Shown: positions 28,974-38,721, counted from the first letter of the stretch. The stretch: 58,773 nucleotides of DNA from Anaerolineae bacterium (GCA_036172315.1 JASFBC010000278.1:1-58773), one strand, 5' to 3'. Numbers and translations: made by a program. The notes: generated by a model not told the origin, from the letters alone.

Positions 28974-29048
28974 TCGGGGCGCGGGGATTTGGACCCCGGA
29001 CCTCAGCGTCCCGAACGCTGCGCGCTAACCGGACTGCGCTACGCCCCG
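28974..29048 (-). tRNA. tRNA-Pro (CGG); T-loop variant TCCAAAT; CCA not encoded
   Basis: CGGGGCG acceptor stem, anticodon arm CAGCG-TTCGGGA-CGCTG, T arm CGGGG-TCCAAAT-CCCCG; upstream TTGCCA-N16-TATAAT. Confidence 0.88.
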
Positions 29049-29092
29049 AATTTCTCCCCATTATAATCGGTTTGGCGATTTTGGCAAGTGGC

Positions 29093-31666
29093 TCAGATCA
29101 GGCGCGCTCGCGCCTGCGCGCTCACATAGTCCATCCCCCAGACCATCACCACGATGGCCCAGGTGGCCGTCCCTGCCGCCGCATACTGATTCAGCCCCAC
29201 CCAGACCCGGAACTGCTGGCCGATGCCACCCCCGCCGACAAAGCCGATGACGGTGGACATGCGGATGTTGATGTCCCACTGGTAGAGAATGTAGGCCAGA
29301 AAACGGGGCACCAATTGCGGGAGGACCGCATATACCAGCACCTGCAGCGGGTTGGCTCCGGTTGCAGTGACCGCCTCCACCGGCCCCGGGTCAATCTCCT
29401 CAATCGCTTCGGAGAAGAGTTTGGCCAGGTTCGGGATGTTGTTCAGCGCCAGAGCCAGTACTCCGGCAAAGGGACCCAGTCCCACCCAACTGGCGCAGAT
29501 GACGGCCAGAATCATTGGCTCTACTGAGCGCCAGAGGTTGAAGACGGTACGCGCGGTGAAATAGACGGCCCGTCCCACCGGCCCGCGCCCCATCACATTA
29601 GTGGCTCCCAGGAAACTGAGGGGAACGGCGATCGCAGACCCCAGCGTGGTCGCCATCAGGGCCATCAGGAGGGTGACCAGGGAGAGGTGGACGGTGGTGA
29701 CCAGGGCCTCGCTGGGCTGGTATCCGCCAACGACCCGTTTCCACAGAATCTCCACTTCGCCAATAGTTCCCCCTTTGACCTCCATCAGCGGGTGGACGCG
29801 CGTCTCCAGGCGGAGGTTGCCGGCCCCATCCGTCCGGCAACAGTTCTCCCTGACCCGGAGGAAGCCACCGTCGGGCAGCCGCCAGCGGACGGAGACATCG
29901 GCATTGGGGGGCAACCCCTCGCCGGTGATGACCAGCGGGTCGCCCGGGGCGCCGCAGGAGAGGGAAAGGACGACGCGCGGCCCCCCGGTGGGAGGAGGAG
30001 CGGTGGACTCCGGCGCGGCTCCACAGGGAACCACCAGCGGGGCCGTGACGCGGTTCTCCTCTGTCGGACGGGTCAGCAGGTCGGGGAACAGGAAGGCCCG
30101 GGTGATGCGCAGACCGGCGGGTGCGCCCTCTACCAGCGCCAGAATGTTGATCTCGGCCACGCGCCAGGACCAGACGAAAAGGATCAGGAACAAAGCGGTC
30201 GCCGCGATGGGCACCCCGTACTGCTGGAGGATGCCTCGCTTCGGCTCGCCGGTGCCCCCGGCGATAATCCGCTCCCGCAGCGCCGCGCTGACGTAATCCA
30301 GCAAGGCCACCACCAGGACGATGGCGATGATGGCCGTTGCCATAGCATTGTAGCGGCTCAGGCGGATCCACTGAATGATCAGGAAACCCAGCCCGGCGTT
30401 GCTCACCAGCCCGATGACGGTGGACATGCGCAGATTGATGTCCCACCGGTAGAGGGTAAAGGCCAGGAAGGAGGGCATAAACTGGGGTATGACGGCGTAG
30501 ACAACGGTCTGGGCCCAGTTGGCGCCGGTGGCCTGTATCGCCTCTATGGGGCCGGGGTCAATCCCCTCTACGGCCTCGGAGTAGAGTTTCCCCAGCGCGG
30601 CGATGGAGTGCAGCAGCAACGCCAGCGTTCCATCAAAGGGGCCCAGCCCCACCCAGACGGCGAAGATGATGGCCCACATCAGCGTCTCTATGGAGCGGAC
30701 GATGTTGAGGATGGTCCGCACGACGTAGTAGATGGCCAGGCCGAGGGGGTGACCGCCCATGAGGTTGCGCGCGGCCAAGAAACTGACCGGAAGGGCGAAA
30801 ATGGTCGCCAGGACGGTGGCGATGAAAGCCAGCGCAATCGTCTCGCCGATCTTCTCCAGGACCAGCCGGAGGGTCTCTGTGGGCTGGAGGGAGCCGTAGG
30901 GCCGGTACTGGCGGGCCTCAACGCGGTGGGTCTGGGTCTCGCCGGGACCGGGCCGCCGGTCCAGCGGGACGGAGGTGGGGGGAACCTGAAGGGTGACGCG
31001 GAAGCGGCCTTTATCATCTGCCGGAACCACCAGCGGGACGCCGTCTTGCAGGACGCGCTGATAGTCCCCGACAGGGTTCTGCCACCAGATTTCCACGTCC
31101 AGGCCGGGGAGGAAGCCCTCGCCTTCCAGGGTGATGGTCTCCCCCAGCGCGGCGCAGGGGACGTCGGTGGTCAGGCGGGGCTGTTCGCTGGCCTGACCCT
31201 GGGGCGGAGGGAGGGGGGTGATGCAGGGGACCTGGAAGGGGAGATACCCGATGTGGCTCTCTTTTGGGTATTCCATCAGTTCCGGGCGCCCCAGGGCCCG
31301 GACGATGGGGCGGACGGACGGCCAGCCGCTAACCAGCCGTTTGGGGTGAATCTCCGTCGCCCGAACCCCCAGCGCATAGACAGCGAATGCCGCCAGCAGG
31401 AAGGGGACGACGGTGCCGGAAGGGCGATTCTGGGCGGACCGGGCCGCGTCCCATACCCCCCAGAGCCAGATCGCCGCCAGCGGCACGAAGAGGAGGGGAA
31501 CCCTTTGCCAGAGGACCAGTCCCCCCAGAGCCAGCACTGTCGCCAGAAGCCCCAGCCCCCGGCCCCGCCGGCCTTGGACCATCTGGCCGAGGCCGGGGAG
31601 GAGAAGGGAGAGGAAAGGGGTGAAACGTGAAACGTCAGGGGGAGGGCGGTGTTTCTCCTTGTTCAT
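29093..31666 (-). CDS. phnE: Phosphonate/phosphate ABC permease with two fused PhnE modules and inserted extracytoplasmic domains
   Basis: Two copies of the PhnE core (GLGPF.G, KL.SEA.E.IDPGP.EA..ATGAN, Y.WDIN.RMSTVIG). Confidence 0.85.
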   Translation of the reverse strand: MNKEKHRPPPDVSRFTPFLSLLLPGLGQMVQGRRGRGLGLLATVLALGGLVLWQRVPLLFVPLAAIWLWGVWDAARSAQNRPSGTVVPFLLAAFAVYALGVRATEIHPKRLVSGWPSVRPIVRALGRPELMEYPKESHIGYLPFQVPCITPLPPPQGQASEQPRLTTDVPCAALGETITLEGEGFLPGLDVEIWWQNPVGDYQRVLQDGVPLVVPADDKGRFRVTLQVPPTSVPLDRRPGPGETQTHRVEARQYRPYGSLQPTETLRLVLEKIGETIALAFIATVLATIFALPVSFLAARNLMGGHPLGLAIYYVVRTILNIVRSIETLMWAIIFAVWVGLGPFDGTLALLLHSIAALGKLYSEAVEGIDPGPIEAIQATGANWAQTVVYAVIPQFMPSFLAFTLYRWDINLRMSTVIGLVSNAGLGFLIIQWIRLSRYNAMATAIIAIVLVVALLDYVSAALRERIIAGGTGEPKRGILQQYGVPIAATALFLILFVWSWRVAEINILALVEGAPAGLRITRAFLFPDLLTRPTEENRVTAPLVVPCGAAPESTAPPPTGGPRVVLSLSCGAPGDPLVITGEGLPPNADVSVRWRLPDGGFLRVRENCCRTDGAGNLRLETRVHPLMEVKGGTIGEVEILWKRVVGGYQPSEALVTTVHLSLVTLLMALMATTLGSAIAVPLSFLGATNVMGRGPVGRAVYFTARTVFNLWRSVEPMILAVICASWVGLGPFAGVLALALNNIPNLAKLFSEAIEEIDPGPVEAVTATGANPLQVLVYAVLPQLVPRFLAYILYQWDINIRMSTVIGFVGGGGIGQQFRVWVGLNQYAAAGTATWAIVVMVWGMDYVSAQARARLI

Positions 31667-31684
31667 CTGCTTCCTTGAAAGAAA

Positions 31685-31825
31685 CCACAGATTCCACGAT
31701 TTTTAAAGCGAAATCTGCGTTCATCTGCGTCCTGCATTAGAATGGAGATTCACGCAGATGGAAGGCAGATAAAGAATAATAAGGATAAAATCTGCGTCTT
31801 TCTGCGTTCATCTGCGTCCTGCATT
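31685..31825. repeat. ATCTGCG-type short palindromic repeat cluster
   Basis: 25-bp direct repeat TCTGCGTTCATCTGCGTCCTGCATT at 31714 and 31801 with an inverted CGCAGAT between. Related motifs occur near 24080-24140 and 42870-42912. Confidence 0.65.
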
Positions 31826-32607
31826 CATCCGCGTTTGCCTTCAAGCCCTCCGCCGACGGTGACCATCTCCGCCTCTTCGCCGTAGACCTCCTTGAAGCGC
31901 TCCCGGGTGAGTTCTGTGGGATGGCCCTCAAAGACCAGTGTCCCGTCCCTGAGGCCGATGACCCGCGTAGCGTAGCGGTGGACCAGGTCCAGGAAGTGGA
32001 GGCTGCAGATGACGGTGATGCCCTCGTCCCGGTTCAGTTGCTCCAGGTACTGGAGGATGGAGTGGGCCAGGACGGGGTCCAGACTGGCGACGGGCTCGTC
32101 GGCGAGGATGAGTTGGGGCTCCTGCATCAGTGCGCGGGCGATGCCCACTCGCTGTTGCTGGCCGCCGGAGAGTTGGTCGGCCCGGCTGTGGATTTTATCG
32201 GCGATGCCCACCCGTTCCAGCGCGGCCACTGCCCGCTGATGCTCCTCCGGCGGGAAGTAAAGGAGCAGGCTCAGCCAGGGGTTGGCGTAGCCCAGCCGCC
32301 CGGAGAGGACGTTGGTCAGGACAGAAGAGCGCCGCACCAGATTAAACTGCTGAAAGATCATGCCGATGTGGCGGCGGATGCGGCGCAGTTCCCGGGGGCT
32401 GGCGGCGGTGATGTCCACCCCATTCCAGATCACCCGCCCGGATGTGGGTTCAATGAGCCGGTTGATGCAGCGCAGGAGGGTGGATTTTCCAGAGCCGGAG
32501 AGGCCGATGACGGCCAGAAACTCCCCATCAGCGACGGTGAAACTGATGTCCCGAAGGGCCACCGTTCCGTTGGGGAAGATTTTGGTCAGGTGTTGGACTT
32601 CCAGCAT
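31825..32607 (-). CDS. phnC: Phosphonate ABC transporter ATP-binding protein
   Basis: [42 protein letters not shown] and [10 protein letters not shown]; start MLEVQHL at 32607. Confidence 0.9.
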   Translation of the reverse strand: MLEVQHLTKIFPNGTVALRDISFTVADGEFLAVIGLSGSGKSTLLRCINRLIEPTSGRVIWNGVDITAASPRELRRIRRHIGMIFQQFNLVRRSSVLTNVLSGRLGYANPWLSLLLYFPPEEHQRAVAALERVGIADKIHSRADQLSGGQQQRVGIARALMQEPQLILADEPVASLDPVLAHSILQYLEQLNRDEGITVICSLHFLDLVHRYATRVIGLRDGTLVFEGHPTELTRERFKEVYGEEAEMVTVGGGLEGKRG

Positions 32608-32911
32608 GGTGGCTTTATGGCAACTGTTCAGCCCGATGGAGGGTGCCCTTTCCGGGCACCTTGTGCCATGCGGAAGGGGTTGATTTCTGATGAACCCGAT
32701 GCTGGCAGGGGGGCGGCCGGAAGGGTTGCCCCTACAGAGATGCCCCTCACGGGCATGGCATTGGGCGGGGCGGCGAAGGCTGACCACCAGCCGCAGGCCC
32801 GAAGGGGGATTTTGCGGCAGCGAAGCCGCCGCAAAATCCCCTCTTCATCCCCCCTCTCCCCTGGCCGCAGGCCGGAGGGAGAGGGGAGAGGCCACGCGGC
32901 CCTTTCCGGCG

Positions 32912-33814
32912 TTATTTCACCAGGTCCTCAATGTTGATCCCGGCCTTGCTCAGGTCAGCGCGGAAGGCGTCATAGAAGGAGTCATCCGCTGGCTGGAGGC
33001 CTGCAATCCCATAGACGGTCTTCAGGGCCGCCTTCCCCTCTTCCGTCTGGGCGATGTCCAGCAGCGCCTGGACGATCTTCTGCCGCATATCGGCCGGAAA
33101 ATCCTTGATGAAGGAAACGTTATCGTTGGGGATGTCGGAGGTCGTCGCCAGCACGACCACCTTCTCCTTCACGTCCGGGTAATCCTTCTCCACCGCGCTG
33201 CGGGCGTCGGAGTAGGTGGCGCCGGCGTCGCAGTCGCCCTTGTAGACGGCAACGACGACGTTGTTGTGGGAGCCGGCCTCCACCGTCTTGGCAAAGTCGG
33301 CATCCGGGTCAATCCCGTTGGCCTTCAGGTAGATGCGGGGGATGATGTAGCCGGAGGTGGAGTTCGGGTCCACCCAGCACATCACTTTCCCCTTCAGGTC
33401 TTGCAGGGATTGAATGCCGCTATCGGCCCGGACGATGATCTGTCCCTTGTAGGAGGTGGAGCCGAAGCGGACGGCCACCAGCGCGACGTCCACGCCGTAC
33501 TTCTCGTGGGCCAGGACGTAGTTGAAGGTGTTGAGCCAGCCGATGTGGGCCTTCCCGGCACCCATCGCTTCCCGGACGGCGGCGTAGTCCGTCCCCACGT
33601 TGGCCTTGACCACCAGGCCGGTCCGATCGGAAATCATCTTGGCCAGTTGCTCGCCGCCGGCGATGATTTCCTGTGTGTCTCCGGAGGGGACGAAGGACAT
33701 AATGAGGGGGTTCTGCTCCGTCCCCAGGGCGGGGGCCTTCTTACAGCCGGCCGTCCCGCCCAGCACTGCGACGAGGGTCAGCAGCGCAACCGTTATAAGG
33801 ATTCGTCGGGACAT
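32912..33814 (-). CDS. phnD: Phosphonate/phosphate/phosphite ABC substrate-binding lipoprotein
   Basis: Lipobox TAGC, DYAAVREAM, DPNSTSGYIIP, GSHNN and DIPND. Confidence 0.88.
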   Translation of the reverse strand: MSRRILITVALLTLVAVLGGTAGCKKAPALGTEQNPLIMSFVPSGDTQEIIAGGEQLAKMISDRTGLVVKANVGTDYAAVREAMGAGKAHIGWLNTFNYVLAHEKYGVDVALVAVRFGSTSYKGQIIVRADSGIQSLQDLKGKVMCWVDPNSTSGYIIPRIYLKANGIDPDADFAKTVEAGSHNNVVVAVYKGDCDAGATYSDARSAVEKDYPDVKEKVVVLATTSDIPNDNVSFIKDFPADMRQKIVQALLDIAQTEEGKAALKTVYGIAGLQPADDSFYDAFRADLSKAGINIEDLVK

Positions 33815-33859
33815 GTTTTCCTCCTGCTAAAGTGAGATTTGGGTAAAGTCAGAATGCCT

Positions 33860-33954
33860 GTAGCGCAGGCTGTTAGCCTGCAAAAGCAGGCCTGGCGGCC
33901 TGCGCTACAGCGGCCTGCGCTACAGCGGCCCGCGCTACAGCGGCCCGCGCTACA
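33860..33954. repeat. GTAG-type REP-like palindromic repeat cluster
   Basis: GTAGCGCAGGCTGTTAGCCTGC paired with GCAGGCCTGGCGGCCTGCGCTAC, plus tandem GCGGCC(T/C)GCGCTACA units. Confidence 0.8.
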
Positions 33955-33957
33955 TGG

Positions 33958-34629
33958 TTACGGCGCCGTGACTACCAGGTTGTCAAAGCGGACTTCGGTG
34001 GGGGTGTCCTCATAAGAAGTCGCGGTCAGGGCGATGTCACCGCTGGTGAACTCCGCATCCTCCACCTCCACCAGCAGGACGTCGTTGACCGTCAGGCTCA
34101 GTTTGGAGCCATGGCAGACGGCGCAGATGTGGTTGGATACATTCCCCTGCCGGATGACGCCGGACTCGGTGAAATCCACCAGCCAGTCAAATCCCTCCTC
34201 CGTCCCTTTAGCGATGGCATAGTAGCCGTCGCCGGAGATGAGCAGGTAATAGCCCTTCCCGCTCTCCGGGTCCGCCGTCCGGCAGATGACGCCGTAGTCG
34301 GTGTTGTTGTTGGCGGGGCCGGAGACCTGAGTGGCATCCACGTCTATCACCACGTCGGTGAAGGACCGGTTGGCAACGCCCCACATCGTTTTGCTGCCTC
34401 CGTAGGAGATGACGTAGTAATAGCCGTCGCCGTAGCCCACTTTACCGGTGTCGTAATCTCCTACTTCCCAGCCGGACTTGGGGTCGCTGAAGTTGTCCTG
34501 GAACAGGACCTGCTGCGTTCCAGCAGCGGGCCCACCGATGGGCGGCGGTGTCCCCAGGCCAGGGAGGGAACAGGCCAGGAGGGCCAGCATCAGCGGCGCT
34601 CCACCCAGCAGAATCCGATTCCGTATCAT
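33958..34629 (-). CDS. Lipoprotein with a lectin/DUF1080-like beta-sandwich domain
   Basis: AAGGAG RBS, lipobox LLAC, LFQDNFSD...GW, YYLLISGDG and FDNLVVT. Confidence 0.7.
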   Translation of the reverse strand: MIRNRILLGGAPLMLALLACSLPGLGTPPPIGGPAAGTQQVLFQDNFSDPKSGWEVGDYDTGKVGYGDGYYYVISYGGSKTMWGVANRSFTDVVIDVDATQVSGPANNNTDYGVICRTADPESGKGYYLLISGDGYYAIAKGTEEGFDWLVDFTESGVIRQGNVSNHICAVCHGSKLSLTVNDVLLVEVEDAEFTSGDIALTATSYEDTPTEVRFDNLVVTAP

Positions 34630-34818
34630 TTTGCTCCTTTTTTCCTTCATATTCTGGGTATCCCCCGCGCGGGGTGCATTCCCGCAGGGGAGAAACGGCG
34701 GTCGCAACACAGGATTCCTTATCCCCTCCTTCGGTTCGGGCAGGGGGATGGGTGGGGGGCCCTTTGCCCAAAATCTTGCGCCGCAGGTTTCTGGGTAAGG
34801 GTTCAGGAATACCGATTA

Positions 34819-36579
34819 TCACAGACTGAAAACGGCCCTCACCTCCTCCACTTCCAGTTTCCGGAAGAGAGGTTGTGGGGGACGCAGGGGCTGGCCGGCG
34901 GGCAGTTGGCTGGGCGCCCACCGCCCCACAGCACCGGTGGGGTCATAGCACAGCGCGTCGTGAATCCGCTCGTTCTCCCGGAAAGTGGCGACATACTGCC
35001 GGCCGAATAGCGTTCCTTCGTAGCCCAGGTACTGGTGGAGCGCTTCGGAAGAGAAGGGGATGAAGGGGGCCAGCAGAATCTTCAAGGAATCAATGGCCCG
35101 CAAGGCAACGTAGATGGTTGTCCCGGCGGCCGTCCGGTCTTCCTTAACCTGAAACCAGGGGCCCTTTTCCTCCAGGTATTTGTTGACTTCCCGCGCCAGG
35201 GCCATGGCCTCGCCCAGGGCGGCGCGGAACTGGCATCCCGCCAGCAATCGGCCAATAGGGCCGAAGGCCACGTCTATCCGGGCCAGCAACTCTGCATCGG
35301 TCCGGTCCATCAGCCCCGGCACCGGCACCCGCCCCTCAAAATTTCGGTAGGCGAAGGTGAGCACCCGATGGCAGAGGTTGCCCCACGTCGCCAGCAGTTC
35401 GTCGTTGTTGCGGCGGACAAACTCCTCCCAGAGGAAGTCCGTATCTCGCGTCTCCGGCATCACGGAGGCAACGTAGTACCGCAGGGGGTCGGGTGCAAAG
35501 TGGTCCAGATAGACCGGGAGTTCGATGACGATGCCCCGACTTTTGGAGAATTTGTCCCTTTCCAGATTCATGAACTCGTTGGCCGGGACGTCGTAGGGGA
35601 GATTCAGGCGACGGGTGGGGTCGTCGTCGTACAGCCGTTCTACCCCGATCAATTGGGCAGGCCAGATGATGGTGTGGAAGGGGATGTTATCTTTGCCGAT
35701 GAAGTAGTACGAGCGGGCCTCGGGGTCGTACCACCACTCCTTCCAGGCGTCCGGTCGGCCCTGGTTGCGGGCCCACTCAATGCTGGCGGAGAGGTAGCCG
35801 ATGACAGCCTCAAACCAGACGTAGAGTCGCTTGCCCTCGTAGCCGGGAAGAGGGAGAGGGATGCCCCATTCAATATCGCGGGTAATGGGCCGGCCTTGAA
35901 GCCCTGCGGCGACGTAGTTGCGGGAGAAGGTGAGGACGTTGGGCCGCCAGTGCTCCTTGTCCTCGTTCAGGTAGGCCGCAATCCGCTCCTGCAGGGCCGG
36001 CAGGTCCAGGAAGAAATGCTCTGTCTCCCGGGGGACAGGGGTGCTGCCATCTACCTTACTGCGGGGGTTGATGAGGTCCAACGGGTCCAGCAGCCGCCCG
36101 CAGTTATCGCACTGATCGCCGCGCGCCTCCGGGTAGCCACAGTGGGGACAGGTCCCCTCTACGTACCGATCGGGGAGGAAAATGCCCGCCGTCTCCGAGT
36201 AAAGTTGGACCTGGGTCTGGCGATAGAGGTAGCCCCGCTCCAGGAGCCGCAGGAAGATGTCCTGGGCTACCCGGTAGTGGTTCTCCGTGTCGGTGTGGGT
36301 GAAGAGGTCGTAACTGATGCCGATGCGCTGCTGGGTATCCAGGAAGCGGGCGTGGTAGCGCTCAAAGAGTTCGCGAGGGGTGACGCCCTCCTTCTCCGCC
36401 CGGACGGTGATGGGGGTGCCGTGGGAGTCGGAGCCGGAGACCATCAGGAGATCGTTGCCCGCCAGTCGGTGGTAGCGGGCGAAGATGTCGGCGGGCAGAT
36501 AGGCGCCGGCCAGATGGCCGACGTGCAGGTCTCCGTTGGCGTAAGGCCAGGCAACACAGACAAGAATTTTTTGAGGCAT
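34819..36579 (-). CDS. metG: Methionine--tRNA ligase (no C-terminal tRNA-binding domain)
   Basis: [13 protein letters not shown] (HIGH motif), Zn knuckle [22 protein letters not shown] and KFSKS. Confidence 0.95.
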   Translation of the reverse strand: MPQKILVCVAWPYANGDLHVGHLAGAYLPADIFARYHRLAGNDLLMVSGSDSHGTPITVRAEKEGVTPRELFERYHARFLDTQQRIGISYDLFTHTDTENHYRVAQDIFLRLLERGYLYRQTQVQLYSETAGIFLPDRYVEGTCPHCGYPEARGDQCDNCGRLLDPLDLINPRSKVDGSTPVPRETEHFFLDLPALQERIAAYLNEDKEHWRPNVLTFSRNYVAAGLQGRPITRDIEWGIPLPLPGYEGKRLYVWFEAVIGYLSASIEWARNQGRPDAWKEWWYDPEARSYYFIGKDNIPFHTIIWPAQLIGVERLYDDDPTRRLNLPYDVPANEFMNLERDKFSKSRGIVIELPVYLDHFAPDPLRYYVASVMPETRDTDFLWEEFVRRNNDELLATWGNLCHRVLTFAYRNFEGRVPVPGLMDRTDAELLARIDVAFGPIGRLLAGCQFRAALGEAMALAREVNKYLEEKGPWFQVKEDRTAAGTTIYVALRAIDSLKILLAPFIPFSSEALHQYLGYEGTLFGRQYVATFRENERIHDALCYDPTGAVGRWAPSQLPAGQPLRPPQPLFRKLEVEEVRAVFSL

Positions 36580-36597
36580 TTTCCTCCTCCTGACGCC

Positions 36598-36746
36598 ATC
36601 ACGGCAGGACGGCCAGTTCCTGACTCCCCTGCCCAGATCCCGGCATGTCGTTTGGGGATTGGGGATTGGGGATTGGGGATTGGGAATTGGGAATTGGGAA
36701 TTGGGAATTGGGAATTGGGAATTGGGAACAGGTTTGTTTGGCGCAC
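36598..36746 (-). mobile_element. Miniature group II intron-derived element, copy 2 (centre replaced by a heptamer repeat)
   Basis: Starts GTGCGCC and ends with DV/DVI-like ...CATGCCGGGATCTGGGCAGGGGAGTCAGGAACTGGCCGTCCTGCCGTGAT. Removing it restores GTTA|GGC. Confidence 0.6.
36652..36728 (+). repeat. Heptamer tandem repeat (TTGGGGA)x4 (TTGGGAA)x7
   Basis: Eleven contiguous units counted directly. Confidence 0.95.
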
Positions 36747-36809
36747 TAACGACACCGAGCGGGGCCGCCGCGAACGAAGCGAGCGATCGGCTCCAGCGAG
36801 AGGTTAGCC
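36747..36809 (-). mobile_element. Integron attC recombination site
   Basis: The minus strand reads GGCTAAC CTCTCGCTGGAGCCGATCGC...GCGGCGGCCCCGCTCGGTGTC GTTA, an imperfect palindrome with R'' and R' boxes 12 nt after the toxin stop. Confidence 0.7.
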
Positions 36810-36821
36810 TGCCGTATCTCT

Positions 36822-37082
36822 TTAGAAGAAACGCTCGTACTCATCGTGACTGCCAATCCAAAACCAAGTCACCGTGTCACCTTCAAGTACACCCACAGCG
36901 CGATACCCGCGTGTGACTCTTATAGACCAGACATTCTCTTCACGGTTGATGCACTTGAAACGCAGAGACGGATGAAAGGGGTTCTGTGCCCACAGGCGAT
37001 AGGCTTTCCTGGCACTGCGCTTAATATCTTCGCCGAGAGATTCGTATGCTGCCCAGAAAGATGGCAAAGTGGCCGACTTCAT
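36822..37082 (-). CDS. RelE/ParE-like toxin
   Basis: 86 aa, basic; [24 protein letters not shown] and [11 protein letters not shown]; ATGA overlap with the antitoxin; lower GC than the flanks. Confidence 0.82.
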   Translation of the reverse strand: MKSATLPSFWAAYESLGEDIKRSARKAYRLWAQNPFHPSLRFKCINREENVWSIRVTRGYRAVGVLEGDTVTWFWIGSHDEYERFF

Positions 37083-37312
37083 AAGCGCTCATAGTCCATC
37101 GGTTGCGCGTGCCCCTGGGCAATTTCTTGCTTCGCACGACGGGCAGCCGCCACCAATTGAGGTTGCGTTCGCTCAAACAGGCTATCCCATTTCAGTTCAT
37201 CTTGCAGGTCAGCAAGATACTCGCGCAGATGCTCAACCACCTGCTCTTGTACCGATTCGGGCAAGGATTCTAGCATTTTTGTCACTGTCATAATGGCTGT
37301 CGTGGATGCCAT
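37079..37312 (-). CDS. Cognate antitoxin
   Basis: 77 aa acidic ORF directly upstream of and overlapping the toxin; LQDELKWDSLF and AQPMDYERL. Confidence 0.75.
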   Translation of the reverse strand: MASTTAIMTVTKMLESLPESVQEQVVEHLREYLADLQDELKWDSLFERTQPQLVAAARRAKQEIAQGHAQPMDYERL

Positions 37313-37388
37313 AATTACACCCCTTTCAAAATCCTTGATGACATCCTGCGTGGATTGTACTTACCGCGTTTGATGAAGCAAGGCGGGC

Positions 37389-37524
37389 CTCACGGCAGGA
37401 CGGCCAGTTCCTGACTCCCCTGCCCAGATCCCGGCGTGTCGTTTTCCCGCGTACGGTTGGGCGGTTAGCCCTTACCCGATGGGGACTTTCACCCCACAAG
37501 AAGCATCGGGTTTGCTTGGCGCAC
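37389..37524 (-). mobile_element. Miniature group II intron-derived element, copy 1 (5' domain I fused to domains V-VI)
   Basis: GTGCGCC...GGGGTGAAAGTCCCC...GGGTAAGGGCTAACCGCCCAACCGTA is joined to CGCGGGAAAACGACACGCCGGGATCTG...CCTGCCGTGAG. 55 bp are shared with copy 2 (1 mismatch). Confidence 0.65.
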
Positions 37525-37548
37525 TCACGATATGCCGCTTCTATTCTA

Positions 37549-38721
37549 CTATAGTTCGGTCAAAGGGCAACTCACCAGCCGGCGCGGGGCGTGGGTCAGA
37601 AGGCGGGGGCCATCGGCCTCCACGACAACGGTATCCTCCACTTTGGCCATCAGGCCGTCGGCGGGGGCGCTGACCTCCACCTCCACCGCCAGGACCATTC
37701 CCACCGATGTGGGGGTCTCCTCGCGCGGCCAGAGGACAGGGGGTTCGTCTATCTCCAGCCCCAGTCCGTGGCCGACGAAGCCGGGAAGGGAGAGACGGCC
37801 TGGGGGAAAGTGGGGCGGCGCACCCCGGGCCAGGATTGCCTCCGCCGCTGCGTAGGCTTCGGCGACGGGGACGCCGGGGCGGAGGGCGGAGAGGACGGCC
37901 TCCTCTACGGCCAGCGCGACCGCAAAAAGGGCCTCTTGGGCCGCCGTTGCCCGTCCCACCACGAAGGTCCGGGACTCGTCGGCGGTGTAGCCGTCGCAGG
38001 TGGCGCCGATGTCCAGCACGACCAGGTCGCCGGGGCGGATTTCCCGACGGGAGGGGCCGTAGGGGGTGCCCGGACTCAGGCCGGCGCCGGTAATCACCAG
38101 GCCATGGCCACCCCGCACGGTCAGGTTCTCGCCGCTTATCAGCAGAACACCGCCGCCGCGCGCGCCAGGGTAGCGGAGGGGCTGGTAGCCCTCGTGTCCG
38201 GCCCGCCGCAGCGCGGCCTCCACCTCTGCCGCCAGGGCTAATTCACTCAGGCCGGGGCGGAGGACGGGGGGCAGGGCCGCCTGGCCCGCGTCGGCGACGG
38301 CCGCCGCCCGCTCCGTGGCCCGGATTTCTTCCGAGTCCTTGATCAACCGCTGGGCCAGGACCAGGGGACTGATGTCCTCTATCTCCCAGCCGGGCAGCGC
38401 CTCCCGCATGCGCCGGTAGAGTTGGGCGGGCACGACATCCAGGTCGGCGCCCAGGGTGCCCCGGACCAACCCCTGGGCCGCCAGCACCTCTGCTACGGCA
38501 TCCCAGCCGCTCCCCGGTTCCACCCGCTTCAGGGGGGCCTCCCGTCGGGCCAGGTCCAGCCCCCGGCGCACCAGAAGGACCGCCTCCCGGGGCCCCACCA
38601 CCAGTGTCGCCGGACGGGCCGTCCCGGCGTAGTAGAGGACGTCCCGGGGGTGGACCAGCACCGCTGCGTCCACCCCTGCGTTCGCCAGCCGTCTCTGCAA
38701 CTCATTCAACCGGTCGTTCAA
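37549..38721 (-). CDS. M24 family Xaa-Pro peptidase
   Basis: AGGAGG-CAGT-TTG start; LDIGATCDGYTADESRTF, GHGLGLEIDEPP and KVEDTVVV. Confidence 0.85.
   Translation of the reverse strand: MNDRLNELQRRLANAGVDAAVLVHPRDVLYYAGTARPATLVVGPREAVLLVRRGLDLARREAPLKRVEPGSGWDAVAEVLAAQGLVRGTLGADLDVVPAQLYRRMREALPGWEIEDISPLVLAQRLIKDSEEIRATERAAAVADAGQAALPPVLRPGLSELALAAEVEAALRRAGHEGYQPLRYPGARGGGVLLISGENLTVRGGHGLVITGAGLSPGTPYGPSRREIRPGDLVVLDIGATCDGYTADESRTFVVGRATAAQEALFAVALAVEEAVLSALRPGVPVAEAYAAAEAILARGAPPHFPPGRLSLPGFVGHGLGLEIDEPPVLWPREETPTSVGMVLAVEVEVSAPADGLMAKVEDTVVVEADGPRLLTHAPRRLVSCPLTEL

Noticed and set aside
36580-36750. T-box or SAM riboswitch upstream of metG
   Set aside because: I found no T-box or S-box consensus; the sequence is better explained as an intron-derived element plus heptamer repeat.
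9441-36807. Long opposite-strand ORFs (9441..11030, 13882..15171, 16500..18350, 29687..31630, 35035..36807 and others)
   Set aside because: They are antisense shadows of well-supported genes in high-GC DNA, with no motifs or RBS.
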